43,180 nt of DNA from a virus. Lineage: Duplodnaviria > Caudoviricetes. Positions 36,207 through 43,180 of the stretch are shown here, in pieces. The translations under genes were made by a program, and so were the position numbers. The stretch spans positions 1 to 43,180 of the IMG/VR virus record IMGVR_UViG_3300044505_000028; one strand, given 5' to 3'. Below the pieces are notes generated by a model. That model was not told where the DNA came from. It was given only the letters and a program-made list of their open reading frames with translations, and did not search any database. Positions within the stretch are counted from its first letter, which is position 1. Each line of letters starts with the position of its first letter.

Positions 36207-36490
36207 GCAGCGACGAAGATACTCGAGTAATCAACCGTGGCGGACTGACCGCCGATGAACGGTTGGAACGCATAGAGCATGCGGTCGAGAAGATCGCCGA
36301 GAAGATGGACGACATTCGCGGCGGGCTATCTGACGGCAGCACCCGCTTTGCCACGCTCGACATGACGCTGAACAGCCTCACTCAGCGAGTCCAGAAGCTG
36401 GAAGATGGCCGCGATTTGGTCATCAAGATTGTCATGGGCGCGGTCGGCATCGCATTGCTTGGCCTCGTGGGCCTGAAGGCGGTCGCATGA
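36203..36490 (+). CDS. Putative holin (coiled coil plus C-terminal TM helix)
   Basis: Heptads followed by IVMGAVGIALLGLVGL. Confidence 0.5.
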   Translation: MSSDEDTRVINRGGLTADERLERIEHAVEKIAEKMDDIRGGLSDGSTRFATLDMTLNSLTQRVQKLEDGRDLVIKIVMGAVGIALLGLVGLKAVA

Positions 36491-37209
36491 GACACCTACT
36501 CGCCATCCTCGCCATTCTATTCCTCGTCGGATGCGGCGAGCGTGAGCAGCGCGCCCAGGCCGCAGCGAACGTCGACGCCGGGATCACTGCCGCCAAAGAA
36601 GCAGCAATCGAAGTCGACCAGGGTATCGTTGCTGCGATCAAAGCCGCAGCCGAAGCTGGCGCAAATGATGCCGTGGCAATCCTCGAGGGCGTGCGGAAAC
36701 GCAACAACGTTGTCGAGATTCTGAACGCAACGCAGCGTTACGTCGCGCCAGCCGCCGATGTGCCGCATGCCGAGTGGCCGGCCCCCACTGTGACACCCGA
36801 AGGCATCCGCCGCGACCCCGCTACGTTCGGAGAGATCGCGCCGCCCGAGCCTAAGCCCTGGGGCGCCGGTGTCCTTGCTGGGCTGGGGACTGCAGGGATG
36901 GCCCTCCTCTGGGCTTCCAAGCGCCTCCTGCCCATGGTCCCGGTCTTTGGCGGCCCGGTGAAGTCGCTGATCGGCACCGTCGCTGACGTTGCCTGGGCAG
37001 TCACCGCACATGCCGACCAGAAAAGGGCCGACGCCGCGCAAGCCGCAGTCGCGAAGGCAGCGGGGACAGCCGGCGACGTTCTGGACGCCGTTCGGAAGCT
37101 CGACCCGGCGACTTTGCCACCAGCACTTGCACAGGCGCTGCAACGTCCAGAAGTAGACGCTGCGCTGGCTGTGCTTTCGGGCAAACCTTCAACCGACAAG
37201 GGGGCGTGA
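36487..37209 (+). CDS. Lipoprotein, possible spanin-like lysis protein
   Basis: Signal peptide with LVGC lipobox and an internal hydrophobic helix; follows the holin candidate. Confidence 0.55.
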   Translation: MRHLLAILAILFLVGCGEREQRAQAAANVDAGITAAKEAAIEVDQGIVAAIKAAAEAGANDAVAILEGVRKRNNVVEILNATQRYVAPAADVPHAEWPAPTVTPEGIRRDPATFGEIAPPEPKPWGAGVLAGLGTAGMALLWASKRLLPMVPVFGGPVKSLIGTVADVAWAVTAHADQKRADAAQAAVAKAAGTAGDVLDAVRKLDPATLPPALAQALQRPEVDAALAVLSGKPSTDKGA

Positions 37210-37210
37210 T

Positions 37211-38158
37211 ATGGGCTGGAGATCATCATTTGGCGGCGGACTGGGAATATCGCTTCCTGGCCTTTCGTCCGTCGACCCGGTCAATGCCGTAACGCAGGCA
37301 TACGCGGACGTTGGCAATGGCGCGCAGAGCTTCGGCAACGAAACGGAGCGCTGGTATGGTGACGCCGACGTGTCGCGCGCCGATCCGTATCGGCAGCCAG
37401 ATTACGTAAATCGATTCGGAAAAGAGACGGGCCATACTGGAGCCTATATCTCAACGCTTGGCGCGAGCGAAAAATACCACCTCAACCCTGGCCAGAGCGG
37501 CGATTACATTTTCGGCGGAAGGAGAAAGGCGCAGAGCCGGGCGGAAACTGCCGAGCAGGTTGCTGCCATCAAGGCCGAGATCGCTCGCCGGAATGCGCTG
37601 TTGGATCGCCTGAACGCCGCGTTCGGCATCGGCTCGACCGCCGACGCAGTGGCGAACAAGAGTCGACTCGAGGGGCTTTCTCGCAAGTATTACGACGCCG
37701 TCATTCAGTCGAACCTGCGCGATGCGGAGAACGCCTATGCCGGCGCAACGCGCATTGGCCGACAGAACCTCGCCCGCGTTGGGCAGCTTGGTAGCGGGTT
37801 GGACGCATCCAGCCGCAGCAGTAACTTGGCCGACTTCCTCCGCGCGCGTCAGCGCTCTATTTCGCTTGGCGCGGAACAGCGGTCGAGGCTCCAGAACAAC
37901 ATCGAGAACCAGCGGATGGGCCTCGCCAGCCAGATCAGCGGCGGAACGTTGCTCAGCCCTGACTGGGAGGGCATCACCAAGGGCCAGCAGCGGTCCTACG
38001 ATGAAGCGCGGGGCGAGATCCCGGTGAATGCCGCCGCGAACCTCTTCAACGTCGCCGGCAGCGCGTACACCAATGGGCGAATCCAAGAGGCTCAGGGCAA
38101 TCAGGGTCTGGCGGCGTTCGTCGGTCCATCATCGTCCGGTCGTGGCCGGATCAGCTAA
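37211..38158 (+). CDS. Putative ejection (internal virion) protein
   Basis: Gly/Ala/Gln-rich helical protein at the podovirus ejection-gene position. Confidence 0.55.
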   Translation: MGWRSSFGGGLGISLPGLSSVDPVNAVTQAYADVGNGAQSFGNETERWYGDADVSRADPYRQPDYVNRFGKETGHTGAYISTLGASEKYHLNPGQSGDYIFGGRRKAQSRAETAEQVAAIKAEIARRNALLDRLNAAFGIGSTADAVANKSRLEGLSRKYYDAVIQSNLRDAENAYAGATRIGRQNLARVGQLGSGLDASSRSSNLADFLRARQRSISLGAEQRSRLQNNIENQRMGLASQISGGTLLSPDWEGITKGQQRSYDEARGEIPVNAAANLFNVAGSAYTNGRIQEAQGNQGLAAFVGPSSSGRGRIS

Positions 38159-38167
38159 GGGGCGATC

Positions 38168-38776
38168 ATGTATCAAGCCATGGCAGGGGCAGCGGGCGCG
38201 GTCGGCGGTTCGGTCCTCAACGGGATCGGGCAAGCAATGGCGCTGTCGGCCATGAGCAAGGCCGCGCGCAATGCGAGGGCCAGACAGGCCGAGTATGACC
38301 GGCAAAATTACGAAGACATGACCGGCTTCGTCGGCGGCATCACACCGGAGTCGCTAGTGCCGGTCGCCGGCCAGAACGAGCAGGTGCAACGATCCGACCG
38401 CGATCAGTCGGCAATCATGCGCGCAGCCCTGGGACAAGCGGCACGGCGCAGCGGTGGCCGCGATCCCGAGATGCTGGCCGTATTCCAGGGCAACATGCCC
38501 GGCATCGCGGCGCAGAATCACAACCGGGCTTCGCTCGATGCGCTGATGAATGCTTGGAACCAGGGCGCAGAAGACCTATCGCGCGGATCGCGTGAGCTGG
38601 CGTTCCGCAAGGCTCGTCGACAGGGCGAGGCCGAACTCTGGCAGTCGCTGCTTCCGTACGAACTCAGGGAGGCCGCCAACAAGGGAAGCGAGTTCCGCAC
38701 GCTCGGCAGCCTGCTGTCGATGCTCGGTCAAGGAGGCATGAACTACGGCATGTCCCAGCCGATGGAGGAGGCATGA
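38168..38776 (+). CDS. Putative ejection protein, ending early at a 35-bp duplication
   Basis: Gly/Ala hydrophobic N-terminus; the stop lies inside the second repeat copy. Confidence 0.6.
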   Translation: MYQAMAGAAGAVGGSVLNGIGQAMALSAMSKAARNARARQAEYDRQNYEDMTGFVGGITPESLVPVAGQNEQVQRSDRDQSAIMRAALGQAARRSGGRDPEMLAVFQGNMPGIAAQNHNRASLDALMNAWNQGAEDLSRGSRELAFRKARRQGEAELWQSLLPYELREAANKGSEFRTLGSLLSMLGQGGMNYGMSQPMEEA

Positions 38777-38800
38777 ACTACGGCATGTCCCAGCCGATGG
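38731..38800 (+). repeat. Perfect 35-bp tandem duplication
   Basis: AGGAGGCATGAACTACGGCATGTCCCAGCCGATGG twice (38731-38765, 38766-38800). Confidence 0.95.
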
Positions 38801-38940
38801 GCGGTGGCGGCGGATCGCCAGCGCTCGCGTCTACGCCTGGAACATCCGGCGTCTTTGGCGTTGCCCCTGGATACCCAGAATCGTGGCAGAATCAGCAGCA
38901 CGCAGCCATGGTCCCTGGTCTCAGCGACTTCGGTTACTAA
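38773..38940 (+). CDS. 55-aa ORF, the detached C-terminus of 38168..38776
   Basis: AGGAGG plus ATG supplied by the duplicated unit; ATGA overlap with the upstream stop. Confidence 0.45.
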   Translation: MNYGMSQPMGGGGGSPALASTPGTSGVFGVAPGYPESWQNQQHAAMVPGLSDFGY

Positions 38941-38952
38941 AGAGAGCGCCCC

Positions 38953-40101
38953 ATGCCCCGCATCCTGATCGACAACACCCCGACCACGGCAGTCTTTGAC
39001 GACAGCAACCGCCTGAGCGATGCCATGGCGAACTTCGGTCGGGCGCTGGTCGAGTCGCCGGCAATCGCAGCCAAGATCCGCCAGGAGCGCGAGGATCGGG
39101 ACTATGCGCGAGCGATCCAAGAGGCCGCCGGCGAGCGAGCCGACAACGCGCAGCGACTGCAGGAAGCATGGCACGCAGCGGACGATAAGCGGGCGAACAA
39201 GGCGATGGAGAATCAGCGGCTGTACCAAGAAAACACCTTGAAGCAGACCGCCGCGCGGCTGGATGCAGAGGAAAAATGGCGCAAAGATGAACTGAACCGC
39301 CGGATGCTGTCGGATCTTGGCTCTGGACTGGACAACGCGGCTAAGCGGATCACCGATCTATTCAAAGGATCGACGACCCGTAATGGTTCGACCGGATGGC
39401 ACGAGATCAAAGACATTGACGGCACGACGCGATTCTTCCGCACGGGACTGGACGGGAACCTTCAGACGCTGGACCCGTCAACCGGCAAAATCACGCACTT
39501 CGGCCCCGATGGCGCCCCGGCGACCAGCGCCCCAGCCGTCAACATGCCCAGCAACATCGGATCCGTTGATCCCGCACACCTTGATGCTCTCGACACCTTG
39601 GGCCGAAGCGATCCGGCCAGGCTGAAAGCGCTGATGGGCGAACTCCAGCGGCAGTCCCCAGAGGAATACAAGCAGGTGCAGGATGCGCTGGTGCAGCGGC
39701 ACTCGAAGGGCGGTGGGATGCCGTATAAGGATCCGACCGCTCGCACCTGGTGGTGGAACAGCGGCATCCCCAGCGCGAGAGAATTCAACGCGAGCCAGGA
39801 CGCCAGCGTGGCGAATCCGCACCAGCCGCCGGTCGTCCCGCTTCTTTCTGGAGATGTGGCAGCGCAGCCGAACGGTCCTCGCCAAGATCAGGCGCCACGG
39901 GTCGATGAATGGCTGCCGGTCCTTGCCAATCGCTCAAACCCTGGGTATCAGCAGGCAATTCAGAAGCTGAGAAACTGGAAGCGCGGAGTCGATGAACGCG
40001 GAAACCCATTCCCGCAGGGGCCGCAATGGGCCGCGCAGGTACTCTCAGCGATCGAGGCGCAGAATAGCCGACCCGGCATCACCACTCCATCGGAGCCATA
40101 A
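38953..40101 (+). CDS. Putative ejection protein
   Basis: Coiled-coil N-terminal half; directly precedes the giant protein. Confidence 0.55.
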   Translation: MPRILIDNTPTTAVFDDSNRLSDAMANFGRALVESPAIAAKIRQEREDRDYARAIQEAAGERADNAQRLQEAWHAADDKRANKAMENQRLYQENTLKQTAARLDAEEKWRKDELNRRMLSDLGSGLDNAAKRITDLFKGSTTRNGSTGWHEIKDIDGTTRFFRTGLDGNLQTLDPSTGKITHFGPDGAPATSAPAVNMPSNIGSVDPAHLDALDTLGRSDPARLKALMGELQRQSPEEYKQVQDALVQRHSKGGGMPYKDPTARTWWWNSGIPSAREFNASQDASVANPHQPPVVPLLSGDVAAQPNGPRQDQAPRVDEWLPVLANRSNPGYQQAIQKLRNWKRGVDERGNPFPQGPQWAAQVLSAIEAQNSRPGITTPSEP

Positions 40102-43100
40102 ATGCCCGGTCCATTCGATCAAGCTCTGGCCGACATCAACGCAGACGATGGCGCGCCAGTAAGCGGAGGACTCTCTCACGTTTTAGAAGACCTCGCCGCG
40201 CCGTCTGAGGCCGAGGCGGATCAATTTCGCGGCCTGAGCGGGCTAAATCCAGCGGACGAATTCGTTGTCCCCTTGCTTGGCGACGACGAGCAGGCTCGCC
40301 AGCGGGTCCTCCAATCCATGCCGCCAAATGAGCGGCTCCGTGCTATCACGGCGCTCAGGAAGATGCGCCCGCAGGCCTCTAGCGGAGATGCCATCGCAGA
40401 CATTCAAGCATCGCCATATGACACGCTCGAATCCCAGGCCCGACTAGAGTGGGCTGACCATCCAGTAACAAAATCGAGCGATCGGATGAGCCCGATCGAC
40501 AGCGTCCCGACCCGTTCTCTGTGGCAGGATGTCAGCGATGCCTTTTCGCGCGGCAGCGAAAAGTCGGTCGGGAATGCGATCTTGGATCCGCTGACGGCTG
40601 TTGCCCGTCATGCTGGCATCCCTGGTGTCATCACCGGAGCAGACCTTGAGGCTGGTGCGATCCAGGCGCGGAGCGACATGCTCGCCCTTGGCGCTCGCCT
40701 GGCAGGCCAAGACCAGATGGCGCGCGATGTAGAGCGCGAGGCTGAAATCGCGGACGCGCGGGCGAATACGGTCAATCAGGGGCGGCTAGCGCACACCGTT
40801 CGCGGCGTCACCCGCAGCATGATCCCGATGGCGCTTAGCGGGCCGCTTGGCCCTGCCGGAATGATCGGAACCGCTTCTGGAATTCGTGGTGCGCAAGCAG
40901 TCAGCGAGGCCGAGGATGCCGGCTTGACTGGCGCCGACAAATACGTCTATGTGACCCGAGCGGCCACCATTGAGGCATTGCCGGCCCTGATCTTCCAACG
41001 GATGGGGCTTGGCGGCACTGAGCAGGCGGTTTCCGAGTGGCTGCATGGTGCTGTAAATCAAGGCGTAAAAGACGCGCTGATTCACGCAGGCAAGCGCATT
41101 GCGGTCCAAGAACTGCCGGAAGAGCTGATCACCAGCGCGGCGGATCTTGCCAACCAGAAACTGAGCGGCGTTGACCCGTCTTCGTTGACGGCAGGCCAGG
41201 TCTACGAAACGGTCCTCGATACGACGCTCCAGACGCTTTTGGGCGGCGGCGCGGCGCATGCCCCGCACCTTGCGCGAGCCTACAGGGACGACCGAGATGC
41301 GGCCGCTTTGGCCCAGGCCGAGCAATCGCGCGCAGCACTTGAAAGCATGTCGCCGGACCGTGTGACGGGCCAGCCAGGCGTCGGTCCAACCGTCATCACC
41401 CCCGAAGCCGCCGCCGCCGCTAAGGCGAACCCCGGCCTCGTCGACATCTTCGGCGCACGTGGGCTGCCCGATGCAATCGCCCAGGCGCAGCAAGCCGAGG
41501 CCGATGCCGCCACGAATGCGCCCGAACTGTCCCAGCGTGCGGATGACCTTCGCGCGGCACTCGCGCAGGCCGATCAAACGGCCAGGGAACTGCGGGCACT
41601 GCGGGAGGAAGAGCAGCGGGCCGCCCAGGACCGGGCGTTCGACACGGAACGGGGCATGCGCGCCCTTCGTGAAGCCGACGATGCCGCCCTGCGTTCCCAG
41701 GAGATCCACGACGAGGCCAAGCGGGCCGCGCGTGACATCCAGGCCGAACGCGACCTGGAGCAAGAGCAGCTCGCCGCGCAGGCCAAGGCGCAGCCGGATC
41801 CGGCCCAGCTTGAGGCGCAGCGCCTCCTGGCCGAGCAGCAGCGTGTGCAGCAAGAGAACCTGGACCGGGAACGCCGCCGCATCGCCTTCCTCGTCCGCGA
41901 GGATCTACGCGCCGCCGAGGCTGGTCAGGACGTTGGATGGCACGCCTACGACGAAAACGGCAAGCTGACCATCGACGACAGCCGCCCGAATCGCTTCCTT
42001 GCGCTGCCGCCGGATCAACGCCAGAAGGCGATGGAGAAGGCCCGTAAGTTCGTCCGGATCAACCTGGGCGAAGATGAGGGCGCGAACGCCGTCGACGATC
42101 CGACCTTGTCGCCGCAGGCACGGGAGTTCCGCGCGACCCAGAAGCCGCTTCCGCCGCAGATTGCCGGCGGGGTGCGCTCGTTCAGCGACATTCCGGTCAG
42201 TCCGCGTCCGCCCATCACTGCAGCCGATCTTGCCGCCATGGACCTGCGCACGGCAGCGCGGACCTTTGCCACACTGCCGCCCGAAGAACGGGCCAGGATT
42301 CGGCCTGAGTATGCGCGCCTTCGCCAGCAACAGGCCGCCGAGCGTGAGGCCGCTGCGCACATTCGCGGATTCAACGAGCCGGCCAAGGTTCAGGCACCCG
42401 CCCCCGTCGCCTCACAGCAACCAGCACAGAAAGGAGGTCCAAATGTCCAAGAAGAAAAAGGGCAAGGGCAAGCCGCGCCCCTGCTGAATCAGCAACCGGC
42501 GTCGTCGCCCACACCGGCGGCGCCGGGTTCTACTCGAGCAGATCCAGTAATCCCAGAGATGCGCCAAGCGCCTGGGGCCGAAGTTTTCGATCAGATCGGA
42601 CACACCAAGCGTATCGACAGTCGTATCACCAAGCTGGCACGACGCGCTGCCCGTGTGTGGATTTCGGCCATGCCGACGTTCCAGGGCGGCAAGCAGAAGA
42701 TGGCGATCAGCACGATCGCTGCGATAGATTCGACGCTTGGGCAGGACGCGCAGAAAATCACTGAGGTTCATGACCTCTTTGGCGGCGGCGGATCGTGGGG
42801 TCTATTCCTGACAATGACGCGCTTTCCGAATGCTAAGAAGCTGGTGGTGCGCGAGTACGACGCCGACCGCCTGGCAAAAATTCGCCTGTTCCATGAGCAG
42901 GGGGATCGGTTCTTGGAGATTGCACAGCGCAGCGGAGCCATGGAAATCGCGCGGCGCATGTACGCCGAGGTTCACTCCGACCAAGTCGCTAAGGGGAAGG
43001 CCGATCCGGGAGAAATGATGGCATCGGCCGCCGGCCTTGCTGGCCGACTTGGGAATGCGATCCGCGATAGCGCGTCCCTGACACCGGAACAGCGCGCCGT

Positions 43101-43180
43101 CTTGGCCGCGATCCGCGACTACGGTTACGCATCCTTTGGTAAGCGCTCGTTCGACGGGATCATGAAGCTGATTGCTGAAC
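40102..43180 (+). CDS. 5' part of the giant polyvalent protein (runs off the window, continues at 182..6180; ~3,025 aa in total)
   Basis: ATG follows the upstream TAA and no in-frame stop is seen. Dam-family motifs PTFQGGKQ and HDLFGGGGS (FGGGGS at 42778-42795). Absent from the ORF track, presumably because there is no stop in the window. Confidence 0.85.
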   Translation, partial: MPGPFDQALADINADDGAPVSGGLSHVLEDLAAPSEAEADQFRGLSGLNPADEFVVPLLGDDEQARQRVLQSMPPNERLRAITALRKMRPQASSGDAIADIQASPYDTLESQARLEWADHPVTKSSDRMSPIDSVPTRSLWQDVSDAFSRGSEKSVGNAILDPLTAVARHAGIPGVITGADLEAGAIQARSDMLALGARLAGQDQMARDVEREAEIADARANTVNQGRLAHTVRGVTRSMIPMALSGPLGPAGMIGTASGIRGAQAVSEAEDAGLTGADKYVYVTRAATIEALPALIFQRMGLGGTEQAVSEWLHGAVNQGVKDALIHAGKRIAVQELPEELITSAADLANQKLSGVDPSSLTAGQVYETVLDTTLQTLLGGGAAHAPHLARAYRDDRDAAALAQAEQSRAALESMSPDRVTGQPGVGPTVITPEAAAAAKANPGLVDIFGARGLPDAIAQAQQAEADAATNAPELSQRADDLRAALAQADQTARELRALREEEQRAAQDRAFDTERGMRALREADDAALRSQEIHDEAKRAARDIQAERDLEQEQLAAQAKAQPDPAQLEAQRLLAEQQRVQQENLDRERRRIAFLVREDLRAAEAGQDVGWHAYDENGKLTIDDSRPNRFLALPPDQRQKAMEKARKFVRINLGEDEGANAVDDPTLSPQAREFRATQKPLPPQIAGGVRSFSDIPVSPRPPITAADLAAMDLRTAARTFATLPPEERARIRPEYARLRQQQAAEREAAAHIRGFNEPAKVQAPAPVASQQPAQKGGPNVQEEKGQGQAAPLLNQQPASSPTPAAPGSTRADPVIPEMRQAPGAEVFDQIGHTKRIDSRITKLARRAARVWISAMPTFQGGKQKMAISTIAAIDSTLGQDAQKITEVHDLFGGGGSWGLFLTMTRFPNAKKLVVREYDADRLAKIRLFHEQGDRFLEIAQRSGAMEIARRMYAEVHSDQVAKGKADPGEMMASAAGLAGRLGNAIRDSASLTPEQRAVLAAIRDYGYASFGKRSFDGIMKLIAE
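43000..43180. repeat. Terminal direct repeat / circular overlap, right copy
   Basis: Matches 1-181 with 3 mismatches. Confidence 0.95.

Noticed and set aside
27845-37790. Isolated GCCCAAC/GTTGGGC heptamers in structural genes (for example ~27845, ~32610, ~37778)
   Set aside because: Expected by chance in GC-rich DNA; no hairpin or composition shift.

Overview
This window looks like one complete, circularly permuted, GC-rich tailed-phage genome of about 43.0 kb; the first 181 bp recur at the end. The minus-strand early arm (6.2-15.5 kb) carries a replication initiator, a DnaC-like loader, SSB, a putative annealing protein, a resolvase-like nuclease, an HNH, HTH regulators and a membrane-anchored transglycosylase. 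The plus-strand late arm is podovirus-like (terS, terL, portal, scaffold, major capsid protein, adaptor, nozzle, tail fibre, holin/lipoprotein, ejection proteins). It ends in a ~3,025-aa polyvalent protein that spans the contig junction and carries Dam-like methyltransferase and HhH-GPD-like domains. I see no integrase, DNA polymerase, reverse transcriptase, tRNA or CRISPR array. The main finding lies between terS and terL. Two well-formed integron attC sites (16939-16994, 17337-17396) and a terminal GCCCAAC core (18292-18298) define a two-cassette array inserted at an AA|C site inside a phage gene; removing the cassettes restores a 127-aa ORF in frame. The cassette genes run antisense to their attC sites. 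Every junction reads through in the AAC (Asn) frame and is ATGA-coupled to the next gene, which would keep the phage operon translated. Two low-GC segments in the early arm may be relics of similar cassettes. All product calls come from motif recognition and gene order only; no database search was run.
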